Source of the DNA: Candidatus Accumulibacter sp. ACC003
GTDB taxonomy: Bacteria > Pseudomonadota > Gammaproteobacteria > Burkholderiales > Rhodocyclaceae
Length of the DNA stretch: 64,000 nucleotides
Assembly (NCBI RefSeq): GCF_907163085.1
Contig: NZ_CAJQTX010000004.1
Coordinates: 140,956-204,955 of the forward strand
Direction of reading: 5' to 3'
In this document: in pieces, positions 40,939-50,516 of the stretch
How positions within the stretch are numbered: the stretch's first letter is position 1
Layout: each line of letters begins with the position of its first letter
Translations under genes and position numbers: made by a program
Notes under the pieces: generated by a model
Told to the model about the DNA's origin: nothing
Seen by the model: only the letters and a program-made list of their open reading frames with translations
The model's database searches: none

Positions 40939-42647
40939 GAGCTATCGATGGAAGGTGTCTGATTGACCGGGATGGCACGCATCTGGGCCAGACGATCGGT
41001 CGCCATCGCCCAGGGCAGAAAGGCGCTCAAGTCCGCTGGTGGCTGGTTGCCGTTGGCGGCGCAGGCTTCCAGATAAGCCGTCAGCCAGATGCGCGGGTTG
41101 ATTCCCCACAAGCGCAGCGTCAGCAGCAAGCTGAACATCGTCGCGGCGAGTGCGCCGGACCAGAGACTGCCCGACCCATAGAAGTTCTTGCGTGCGACCA
41201 CCGGCGTGCGCTGTGCGCGCTCGGCGGCATTATTGTCCATCGCCACCTCGGGGCGGTCGACAAAGACGGTCAGGCCGGACCAATGTTTGCGCATGCTTCG
41301 CAGCACCTTGCTCGCCGGCATTTTGAGCGCCGGGTTCGCCAGTTCGCTTTCCCGTTGACTGGCCATTTGCGTGATCGCCTGCCGCAAGGCGCGGTCGCGT
41401 TCGGCCCACTGTACTGGGTCGCTACGGACTTCCAGGCGCCGTCCATTCAAGTGGTAGAGCTGAGCGATCTGCTCGACCCAGGCCAGTGCCCAGTCCGCGA
41501 GCTCCGGATGGGCGTTGGCCAGTTCCAGGAAATCACGCCGCTGATGTGCCCAGCAGAAAGCCAGAATGAAGTGGTCAAGGACTCGCGCGAGCTTCTTGTA
41601 GGCCGAATAGCGATCACAGATGATGACTCCTCCGGCGCTACCGGAGAGCTCCCGGATCGGCACCGCCGCCGAGCGGCTCGGGTCGAGCACGAAGTGGATG
41701 ACCGATGGGCCGTGGAACACCCAGAAATACCAGCGATGTCCGACCTTCCCTTCGGTCTCGGCAAAAACCCGCCAGCGAGTCTCGTCCGCGTGCCACTGTT
41801 TCTCGCGACGCAGTCGGCCAAGCAGTGCTTCTTCAAGCGGCTCGAACAGCGGCGCCAAGGCACGAAGTCCGCCGGCCACCGTTCCTGCCGAAAGCCTCAG
41901 TTGGTGGTCGGACCAGTCTCGTAGAAGCCGATGCGTCGGCTGACCGTACAAGAACTTCGACAGCAGCAAGTGCACCCAAATCGACACGCCGTACTTTCCA
42001 CGCGGGATCAATCGTGCCGGCGGTGGCGCGGTCAGAATGCCGCGGGCGCCCGGGCACTGACAGGTCCGCCGGTAGCGCCGCCGGCAGATCTTCCGGCGGT
42101 AGGCTTTGACCTCGATCTCGAGAACTTCACTGTCTTCTGTGCCGGGAAAGTCGACGTAGCTCAGACCACAGTCCGGGCAATGCGGGCAGTCGATGTCGAT
42201 GACCTCGATCTGCGTCGGCAAGTGGCTTTCCGGATTCCGCCCGTGACCCGTTGCTCCCGGTTGATGACCTCGACCCCGCGACGACTTCTGGTCTGCTGCC
42301 GGGTTCTTCTCGGCTCCCGAAGAGCGTTCTGACTTGCGACCAAACAGGCGTTTTTGCAGATCGCGGATCCGGCCCTGGGCCTGCTCGAGCTCGCTACGCA
42401 AGGCCGCCTCACGCGCCGCCGCTTGCTCCGCCGCACGCGCCATTTCCACCCGATGAGCGGCCTCCGATTCCGCCAAACGGACCAGCGCTTGCCGATGTTG
42501 GCTGCGCCAGAAGTTGGCCTCCCAACGGAGCTTGATTTCCTGCTCCTTGGTCAACGTCACCAACACCTCGGCGAACGGCGCCACTTGGCGGTGACTTGCC
42601 GCCGATCCTCCGCAGATAATGTCCGTAGCCGTGCCCATGCGCCGCAT
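40935..42647 (-). CDS. tnpC: IS66 transposase TnpC
   Basis: N-terminal coiled coil (LFGRKSE), Zn ribbon CP.CG..C.C, HADET.W, .CD.YSAY, CWAH.RR.F, DNN.AERA.R; start codon uncertain. Confidence 0.9.
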   Translation of the reverse strand: MRRMGTATDIICGGSAASHRQVAPFAEVLVTLTKEQEIKLRWEANFWRSQHRQALVRLAESEAAHRVEMARAAEQAAAREAALRSELEQAQGRIRDLQKRLFGRKSERSSGAEKNPAADQKSSRGRGHQPGATGHGRNPESHLPTQIEVIDIDCPHCPDCGLSYVDFPGTEDSEVLEIEVKAYRRKICRRRYRRTCQCPGARGILTAPPPARLIPRGKYGVSIWVHLLLSKFLYGQPTHRLLRDWSDHQLRLSAGTVAGGLRALAPLFEPLEEALLGRLRREKQWHADETRWRVFAETEGKVGHRWYFWVFHGPSVIHFVLDPSRSAAVPIRELSGSAGGVIICDRYSAYKKLARVLDHFILAFCWAHQRRDFLELANAHPELADWALAWVEQIAQLYHLNGRRLEVRSDPVQWAERDRALRQAITQMASQRESELANPALKMPASKVLRSMRKHWSGLTVFVDRPEVAMDNNAAERAQRTPVVARKNFYGSGSLWSGALAATMFSLLLTLRLWGINPRIWLTAYLEACAANGNQPPADLSAFLPWAMATDRLAQMRAIPVNQTPSIDSS

Positions 42648-43021
42648 GGTGCCGGATTTCCGCTGCTGTGTCCAGTTCAGATCTCCGGGCTGCCCGCCAA
42701 TCGCTGACGGAAGCTCGCCCACCAAAAAAACCGGGGCTACGGGTTCACCGAATACTTACAACAGGTCGACCTTTGGCTCGATCAAGTATTTGACGCGGCA
42801 AGCCTCGACGACATCTTCGGGCCAAACGGCTCCTGAAACGGTGCAAAAGAAGGCGTCTCCTTGAGTAGCGCTTGATCGCAGCCGCGATCAGCCCGCTTGC
42901 TGTCGGTCGCTGCAAAAAGAGCGTGCAACGCGCTTCGCGGCTTCCGCAGCCCCACTGGAGACAAGCCAGAAGCGCAGCGGAAAGCATGGCGATAGCCTCC
43001 TTCGAGAGCCTTGTCATTCCC

Positions 43022-43104
43022 TGGATTGCTTCGCTGCGCTCGCCATGACGGCGACGCGGCCGCCAGCGCCGTCACTGCGAGGAGCCCAGCGACGCGGCAG
43101 TCCA
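43022..43104. repeat. REP-like doublet in tail-to-tail arrangement
   Basis: TGGATTGCTTCGCTGCGCTCGCCATGACG (43022-43050) and CGTCACTGCGAGGAGCCCAGCGACGCGGCAGTCCA (43070-43104). Confidence 0.75.
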
Positions 43105-43261
43105 CGCACCGGCGGCGCACAACGTTTAGATGGCCTTGTACTGCAGCTCGGTGTGCAAGCAGCACCGCCAGCTCCTGCGGACGCAACACGATTGGCGGCC
43201 TGGACTTCGCGTGCTGCCTACCGGAAATTCGTCCATTCGCCATTCACGAATAGCCATTCGC

Positions 43262-46200
43262 CACGGTAAATTTGTTCTCGTGCCGGGATCAAGGTGATAC
43301 GTGGCCTGTAGAATTTTTGGTCATGCGCAGGTAGTCGAAGACCAATCGGATGTTGCGGTTGAGGTGGCGCATTTTTTCGGAAATGCTGGTTTTGCCGTCG
43401 GAGAAGTGGTGCAGGATTCCGACGGCAAAGCGGCGCAGGCGTGACATGTTCTCGGGTCCGTAACCAGTCCGAATACGGCTACGGTCCTCGTCGTAGTTCC
43501 AGTCGATGACGTAGTGACAGCGGTTCTCTATCGACCAATGGCCGCGATTGATGGCGAGGATTTGCTGTGGGCTGGCCTGTTCTGGAGGGCGACTGGTGAT
43601 CCCGAGAGCGATTTCGTGCGTCCGCTTGCCGCTCTTCTTGTGCAGCACTTCGCGCTCGATCAAGAACACCTGGCCGACATGCGGGAAGTCGAGATAGGCG
43701 TTGAGGGCATTGCTGCACCAAATACGCCGAGTCTCGATCCGACCATGGTCAGGTGGCGAAACCGCCATGAAGTCTGCCCCCTTCCGATCCTGGAAGAGGA
43801 GCGCGATATCGGCTTGCAGTGTTGGCTGATTGCCTTTGACCGTGAAGTGATAGTGCGCCTTGCGCTCCACCAGGTAGGTCGCCAGCTTGCGCTGTGTCAG
43901 TAGCGCGTCGGCGGTGATGTCCTTGCCCTGAATATCGATCGCATCGAGCAGGGGTATGAACATCCCGATTTCATTGGTCTGCTTGAGCTCGTCCCCGCCA
44001 TTTACGGGCAAGGTGCCGACTTTTTTTGGGTGTGGCACACGCCGGTCTGATGCCCGACCACACTCATGATGTGCGTTTGCTGACCGTGCTCGTCATGGGC
44101 ATTGCGCATGGTCTTGCCGTCGACCGCCAGACTGGGGTCGTCTTGAGCATAGGCCTTGTTCCACTGCTGACACGCTTGGTCGAGTGCCGTGGGATCGACG
44201 CGGATCAGGACGTCACGAATGATGAACTCGCTGGGTACGCGGTAAACGCCCTTCTCGCGACGACAGCGGAAACGCTCGCGTGCTTTCGGTGTGAGGTCTT
44301 TGGCCCACCCGGCGATGGCTTTGTAGCCCTGCATTCCGCACAACGCCGCCGCCGTGGCGATGGCCAGCACGGCCGGCAGGGGATGGCGTCTTCCTTCAGA
44401 TTTCCTGATCTCGGAGGAAACCGGGTTGGCACTTCAGACAAGAGTGAAGGTCATTCTTGCCCCGGTTTCCGGATGCGGAAAATCTTGCAGGGTGAGTTTC
44501 TCGAGGAGCGCGGCGATAGCGCGATCATGAGCTGGGCTGGCCATCCGGTGAATTTTGATGGTCAGGGTGTTGGCTAGCGCGTTCGGTTCGATGTCAGCGG
44601 AAGAAACGAACAATTCGCGAATGAGCGCACGTGCGTCGTCCTCCTTCTTCAAGTGGCGGCGCAATAGCGCCACCATGGCGGTCTCGGCCCGGTAGGCGAC
44701 CATTTTCACGGTATCGCAGAGCATCTTGTTCAGCGGCGGCAGTTGGGTCGGTCGCTCGGCCTCGGGCAGACTGTCGATCGTCACCTTTCGGGGGCTTGCC
44801 TTGCGCGCCGCGCAAAGTCGCTTGAGCTCCTCCTGAACGGCCTGCAGTGCTTCGACAGACTCGGCGTTTTTCTGGATTTCGCCGCCGTCGTTCAAGGCCG
44901 TCCTGGCGATTGCGGCCTGCAGTTTTCTTTCGCTCTGGCGGGTTTGCCTGACGGCCTTGTCGAGTTCCCGCCAGCGGGGGTTAACGACCTGGTGAGTGCC
45001 GGGAAGAGATTCGTCTCCGTACTCGATAAGCCCATCAATATCATAATGTTCCATCATGTACGCGAAGTAGTTTTCCTGGCACCAACGGGCGAACATCCGC
45101 CCAGCGATGGTGGTGTTTCCGAGTTGCCGGGCGGTCGTGATCACGGCTGTTTGATGTCCCGTCTGGGTCAGCCGACGAACTTCGCTCACGGCCAGGCTGC
45201 CATCGCCTGTGCCGAGTCGGGTTTCGCGCATGGCGAGTTTCATCCCGGTGCTGCCGCCTGCCGGCAGATGGACTTCCTGTTCCTGAAACACCTCTTCGGA
45301 CCAGAGGTCCTTGACGTTCTTGCGGTAGGTCAGTGCGCCGATGCGCTGTTTCCAGAGTCTGCCGAGGAGACTCTGGGTGGCCCCTTCCCGATCGAAGACC
45401 ATGACAAACCGGTGCAGGGTCGGGTCGGCGTCCAGTTCGGCCGGCGTCGGCTGTCCCGGGACAATCTCCAGCAGTTGGGGGACGATGTCCTTGAGCAGGG
45501 TCTCGGCGAGTCCGTCATTGAGCGGCTGCGAAACCACAAAGAACGGGCGACCCAGGGCATCGTTAACCCAGTAGTCGGTGGTGCCCCGCAGGCACAGGCG
45601 TTCGCGCGAGACGTAGCGCTTCGACAGCCTGGCCTGCTCGCCGTGATACACCCGAACATGACCATCGACATACAGGTAACCCGCTTCTTCTGGCTCGCTT
45701 TCCATCCAGAGCTTCGCGAGATCCCGCATCCAGGCTGCCGGGTCACCCGTCTTGGCCAGCAGATGGACCTTTTCCCGCAGGGTGCGGACTTCCGGTACCC
45801 GGTCCAGGCCGATGACTTTGCCGAGTTCTCCGGGCGAGGTTTGTCGCAGATGTTCCGGCCGCTTGATTCGCCCCAGGGCCATGAAGCCGAGGACGAGAAG
45901 GATGTGCAAGGCGCTGTAGAATCCCCGGGGCAGCTTGAGATGGCGATCCAGGCCGGTCAGTAGCCCGTTCGCGCACAAGGCCGGCAAGCCGGCCAACAGC
46001 CCCCCCATCGCCACATCGTGGCTCGCTTCGAAGCGCGTCGTCGCACCGGTCGCCAATCCCAGCGCCGTTTGGATCCGCTCGTCGGCGCGCGTGCAGGCGG
46101 TGCCCATCCCCGCGGCGGCTTCCGCATCCGCCCGGCTGCGCTCACTCTTGGTGCTCGCCGCTTCCAATTCCCCTGCCTCTTGCGGCAAGGCGGCCAACTG

Positions 46201-47550
46201 CGGCACGCCCTGGCGCCGGATCGCCTTGCGCAGCGTCGACTCCTGGACGCCCACCTGCCGTGCCACTTCGGCAGGACGCTTTCCCTCGCTCAACAGCCGC
46301 GCGCATTCGGCACTCTTGTCCGGCGTCATGATCCGCGGCCGGCTCGCCGCCGCCGGTCGAAAGAAAGACGATGGCCCGGCTTTGCGGCTTTGTCCCACCC
46401 AGTTCATCAGCGTGCGGTGCGGGATGCACAGCGGTGGCCTTTCCAGTTCGACCGCCTTGACGTGCCCGTTCTCCATCAGGCTGGTCAGAGCGAACCTGCG
46501 GCCAGCGTCGTCTCCTACGGGGTGCGAGAAGTAATTGTCTCCCCCAACAAAGTAGATCGCTTGGCCATCCTTCTCCAGAATCGCCAACCCTTCTCCCACT
46601 TTCTGCGCACCATCCGGAAACCCTGGAAGCCACGATTGCCTCAACGTCTGCTCCTCCTTGCACTCCTAGCGAAGCTTGGTTTATGCCATAAGAAAATCAT
46701 GGCCGTCAAAATAAAGTGCCACGTGCAATTCCGGAATTCTACCTACATTCCCGGCCGGGATCAGGAAATCTGTCCTTGCGCGCGCCGCGGGTCGGCGATG
46801 CCGGTAAAGAAATCGGGAAGCGTGCGCATCTGTTCGGCGGTGAGCATCATCCTGGGCGCTCCTGTGCGATAGCGGGGGTTGAGTATCGAGCGGGAAAGTT
46901 GGCCGCGAGCGTCCGCCTGCAAGGGGCGAACAAAGACAACTTTGGGCGACGTCGGGTGGGCGCTGTAGCCTTCTCGGGTGCGGCGAAAGCCTTGCGTCAG
47001 CCCCAGAGGCGTCCAGTTCGCGGCGCGATAGACGGTCCCCTGGAAGCGCGAGGGGTCCACAAAGGTCTCCAGCAGTAACAGCGGCTTCCCGAAATGCGCC
47101 TGCCAATCCTCGGCGACCCGTCGCTCGCACAGCGAGAGCACCTTGGAGCCGAGATTGGGGTAATGCCAATCGGGAAGGATCAGAAAGCGACTGTTGTTGG
47201 CGACCAGGCCCAAGCGATCGTACTGATGCCGATAGTCCCAGCCGATCCAGCGGTCACGAACGCCGCATTTCCAGGCCGCCGCAGAGAAACTCAGCAGGGC
47301 CGTCCACTTTTCGCCGTAGGTGGCCACGTACCAAAGCGTGTGCCCGATCTTCGCAAGGTCGCCCAGGTAGTGATGCTCTGCCATCAACTCCCGATAGCGA
47401 GCCTCTTCGCTCTTGCCCACCAAGCGAACACGCAATGCACCAAGAACGCTTTCCATGCGCCATTTATACGGACTTCCGGCGCAGATGTCCAGGGGGAAGA
47501 ACTAACTGCTTGATTGCCCGTGCGTTGCCTGAGAGGACAAATCCACCCTG
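43262..47550 (-). mobile_element. ISAs1-DUF4338 IS, copy C, interrupted by the 2376-bp IS
   Basis: 10-bp TSD AGCCATTCGC (43252-43261, 47551-47560); 4289 bp = 1908 + 2376 + 5. Confidence 0.95.
44397..46772 (-). mobile_element. 2376-bp IS, copy 3, nested in ISAs1 copy C (transposase 44434-46644)
   Basis: Same IR; 5-bp TSD TCCTT (44392-44396, 46773-46777). Confidence 0.95.
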
Positions 47551-47568
47551 AGCCATTCGCGACCGGGA

Positions 47569-47597
47569 TTGACTTCGCTTGCCGCTTGCGGGGATAC
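47569..47597 (+). promoter_or_regulatory. sigma70-like promoter
   Basis: TTGACT-N17-GATACT. Confidence 0.6.
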
Positions 47598-47603
47598 TCC
47601 CCA

Positions 47604-47790
47604 AGGTACCGTCGAAGCCCCGCTGCCAGCCCGGCCGCGCCTTTCAGAGGCGTGAATCCGCACAGGAGTAGGGATCTCCCCGGCCCGTAGTGGGCGTTGG
47701 GGCGGTGCCGCGGCGGTCTCTGGTGGCCAAGGGGGCAAACGCCAGTCGCCGCGGGAGCATGCACCTACCGCGACCGTCATGGTACGTACC
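47604..47790 (+). ncRNA. Candidate structured RNA or long leader (family not recognised)
   Basis: Begins about 6 nt after the -10; GGTAC/GTACC end pairing, GCCCC/GGGGC, GCCC/GGGC, GGCCG/CGGCC nested stems, hairpins CGCCT-TTCAG-AGGCG and CGCGGCG...CGCCGCG. Confidence 0.35.
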
Positions 47791-47902
47791 GCGTGCTACT
47801 CCGCAAGAGGCGACAGCCAGACTCGGCTGCTTGTTGGTGCTGGCCAGTGGTTTGCCCCGGCGTGTTTTCGATCCACAAACTGAACGAAATCGGGGCTCAA
47901 TC

Positions 47903-48838
47903 ATGGCAATACTCAAGCAATTCGACGAACTGGTGGTGACGTCGCGGCCCGGGCAAGCGGGCGGCGCGCGTCTGCACGAGATGCGCGAGAAAAGCGTTCG
48001 CTGTCTCGGTCCGCATGGTCTACACCGGATGGCCTACAGCGAATGGGGCGACCCGGCCAATAGCCGCGTCCTGGTCTGCGTGCACGGCCTGACGCGTAAC
48101 GGCCGCGACTTCGACGTCCTGGCCAACGCGCTGGCCAGCGATTACCGCGTGATCTGTCCGGACATCGTCGGCCGTGGCCTGAGCGATCGCTTGTATTTTC
48201 CCGACGACTACGCCTTGCCGACCTACGCCAACGACATTGTCACGCTGATCGCGCGCCTCGGTGTCGAGTCGGTGCACTGGCTGGGAACGTCGATGGGCGG
48301 CCTGATCGGCATGTTCCTGGCCAGCCTGCCCGGTTCGCCGATCAGCCGTATGGTGCTCAACGACGTTGGGCCGCTGATCGCTCTGGATGCCCTGCAAAGG
48401 ATTGGCGAATACCTCGGCAAGGCGCCGGATTTCGCCAATCTCGACGAGGCCGAAGCCTACGTGCGGACGGTCTGTGCGCCTTTCGGAGCGCTGACCGACA
48501 TGCAGTGGCGGTTCATGACCGTCGTCGGCACGCGCGCGAAGGTTGATGGCGGCTTCGAGATGAACTACGACCGCCAGATCGCGCTGCCGTACCAGAAGGC
48601 TTTCCTCGACGCCAAGGAGATCAGCCTGTGGCCGATGTACGACGCCATCCGCTGCCCGACGATGGTTCTGCGCGGCGCACAATCGGACATTCTGCTGCAC
48701 GACACGGCCGTCGAGATGACGACCCGCGGACCGCAGGCGAAGCTCGTCGAAGTGCCGGCGGTCGGGCACGCGCCGATGTTCCTTGACGAGCCGCAGGTCC
48801 GCGCTGTGCAGGACTTTCTGCTCGCCGATCGCGGCTGA
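47903..48838 (+). CDS. Alpha/beta hydrolase
   Basis: CVHGLTRNGRDF, PD..GRG.S, GTSMGG, LNDVGP, GHAP; start 47903 or 47981. Confidence 0.9.
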   Translation: MAILKQFDELVVTSRPGQAGGARLHEMREKSVRCLGPHGLHRMAYSEWGDPANSRVLVCVHGLTRNGRDFDVLANALASDYRVICPDIVGRGLSDRLYFPDDYALPTYANDIVTLIARLGVESVHWLGTSMGGLIGMFLASLPGSPISRMVLNDVGPLIALDALQRIGEYLGKAPDFANLDEAEAYVRTVCAPFGALTDMQWRFMTVVGTRAKVDGGFEMNYDRQIALPYQKAFLDAKEISLWPMYDAIRCPTMVLRGAQSDILLHDTAVEMTTRGPQAKLVEVPAVGHAPMFLDEPQVRAVQDFLLADRG

Positions 48839-48897
48839 GTAGCGCGGCTTGCCGTGCGGATCGCTTTGCCGACCGGCAGCGGCGCCGTGCGCCTGCC

Positions 48898-48952
48898 GCA
48901 ATTCATGCAATTCGTGCAATTCATGCAATTCGTGCAATTCGTGCAATTCGTG
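48898..48952. repeat. 9-bp tandem repeat (GCAATTCRT x6)
   Basis: Six consecutive units ending 18 bp before the next ATG. Confidence 0.92.
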
Positions 48953-48969
48953 AAACGCGCCTCGCCACG

Positions 48970-50514
48970 ATGAACCTGGCGCAGCTCCTTGCCCGCAGCG
49001 CCCGGGTTTTCCCCGGGCGCGCCGCGGTCGCGCTCGGCGCGCGCGAGGTCTACTCGTACGGCGAACTATTCCACCGCGTCGCGGCGATCGCCGGCGCGTT
49101 GCGCAGCGCTGTCGGTGGCTGCGGTCTGCAGCCCGGCGATCGGGTGGCGCTGTTCATGGCCAATTGCCCGGAGTACCTCGAGCTGCTCTACGGCATCTGG
49201 CACGCTGGCCTGGTGGCGGTGCCGATCAACAACAAACTGCATCCGCGCGAAGTTGCGTTCATTCTCGAGAGTTCGGCCGCGTCGCTGCTCTTCGTCGCTG
49301 GCGACCGAAGCGCAGCGGCGCCGATGTGGAGCGACAGTACGCCAGGCCTGCGTGTCGTTTCCGTCGACGAGCCGGCGTACCGGCAGCTCGCCAGCGTCGC
49401 CCCGATCGACGTCGTCGCGCGGGCGCCCGACGACCTGGCGTGGCTGTTCTACACTTCCGGGACGACCGGGCGGCCGAAGGGCGTGATGCTCTCGCAGCGC
49501 AACCTGCTGGCGATGACGCTCTGTTATTTCACCGACGTCGACCAGGCCACTGGCGCCGACAGCATCGTCTATGCGGCGCCGATGTCGCACGGCGCCGGCA
49601 TGTACAACTTTGCGCATGTGCTGGTCGGCGCTCGCCACGTCGTTCCCGAGTCGGGCGGTTTCGACGTCGCCGAGATCATGGCGCTGTCGCGGCACTACCG
49701 CCAGGTCTCGCTGTTCGCCGCGCCGACGATGGTGCACCGGCTGGTCGAGCACGTTGCCGAACACGGCGTCGATTGCAGTGGCATCAAGACCCTCGTCTAC
49801 GGCGGTGGCCCGATGTATCTCGAGGACATTCGGCGCGCGCTCGCGGTTCTCGGTGACCGGCTGGTGCAAATCTACGGCCAGGGCGAGAGCCCGATGACGA
49901 TCACCGCGCTGGCGCGGCAGCACCTCGCCGATCGCGCACACCCGCGCTATCGCCAACGGCTGCTGTCGGTCGGCGTCGCGCACAGCGTCGTCGAGGTCAT
50001 GGTCGCTGCGGCCGACGGCCAGCCGCTGCCCGTCGGCAGCGCTGGCGAGGTCCTGGTGCGCGGCGAAACGGTGATGCTGGGTTATTGGCGCGACGCCGAG
50101 GCGACCGCGGCGACGCTGCGCGACGGCTGGCTGCATACCGGCGACGTCGGCGTTCTCGATGACGATGGCTTCCTGACTCTGAAGGACCGCTCCAAGGACG
50201 TGATCATCAGCGGCGGCGCCAACATTTATCCGCGCGAGGTTGAGGAAGTTCTGCTGCGGCACGCCGCGGTCGCCGAGGTTTCGGTGGTCGGTCGGCCGAG
50301 TGCCGAGTGGGGCGAGGACGTCGTCGCTTTCGTCGTCTGCCGGCCGGCGATGCTGGCGGCAAACGCCGAGCTCGATCAACTGTGCCTGGAATCGATTGCG
50401 CGCTTCAAGCGCCCGGAGGACTATATTTTTGTCGCGGCGCTGCCCAAGAACAACTACGGCAAGGTGCTCAAGAGCGAGCTGCGACGTCACTGGAAGGTAA
50501 TCGGGGAGGATTGA
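48970..50514 (+). CDS. AMP-binding acyl-CoA synthetase
   Basis: YTSGTTGRPKG, YGQGE, LHTGDVG, DRSKDVIISGG.NIYPREVE, KNNYGK. Confidence 0.93.
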   Translation: MNLAQLLARSARVFPGRAAVALGAREVYSYGELFHRVAAIAGALRSAVGGCGLQPGDRVALFMANCPEYLELLYGIWHAGLVAVPINNKLHPREVAFILESSAASLLFVAGDRSAAAPMWSDSTPGLRVVSVDEPAYRQLASVAPIDVVARAPDDLAWLFYTSGTTGRPKGVMLSQRNLLAMTLCYFTDVDQATGADSIVYAAPMSHGAGMYNFAHVLVGARHVVPESGGFDVAEIMALSRHYRQVSLFAAPTMVHRLVEHVAEHGVDCSGIKTLVYGGGPMYLEDIRRALAVLGDRLVQIYGQGESPMTITALARQHLADRAHPRYRQRLLSVGVAHSVVEVMVAAADGQPLPVGSAGEVLVRGETVMLGYWRDAEATAATLRDGWLHTGDVGVLDDDGFLTLKDRSKDVIISGGANIYPREVEEVLLRHAAVAEVSVVGRPSAEWGEDVVAFVVCRPAMLAANAELDQLCLESIARFKRPEDYIFVAALPKNNYGKVLKSELRRHWKVIGED

Positions 50515-50516
50515 AG

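Larger units (their letters stand above)
40032..42759 (-). mobile_element. IS66-family element (2728 bp) carrying TnpC plus a DUF4338 gene
   Basis: IR GTAAGTATTCGG / CCGAATACTTAC; 8-bp TSD AACAGGTC (40024-40031, 42760-42767); GTAA ends and 8-bp TSD are IS66 hallmarks. Confidence 0.93.
36763..42836 (+). pseudogene. Rpn / YhgA-like PD-(D/E)XK nuclease gene interrupted by two different IS elements
   Basis: HD..YK.LFS, R..DIVWRV, Y.LLEFQS..D..MALR...Y, LPPV.PIVLYNG; 36763-36978 + 39360-40031 + 42768-42836 = 957 bp (318 aa) in frame. Confidence 0.9.

Noticed and set aside
47560-47800. tRNA, two-piece tmRNA, ZTP or yybP-ykoY riboswitch
   Set aside because: Only short partial motifs; no T-arm with CCA end, tag frame or full riboswitch consensus on either strand.
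48898-48952. HELHEL-repeat protein (ORF 48020..48946, minus)
   Set aside because: Antisense shadow of the hydrolase gene; the repeat is better explained as a DNA VNTR.
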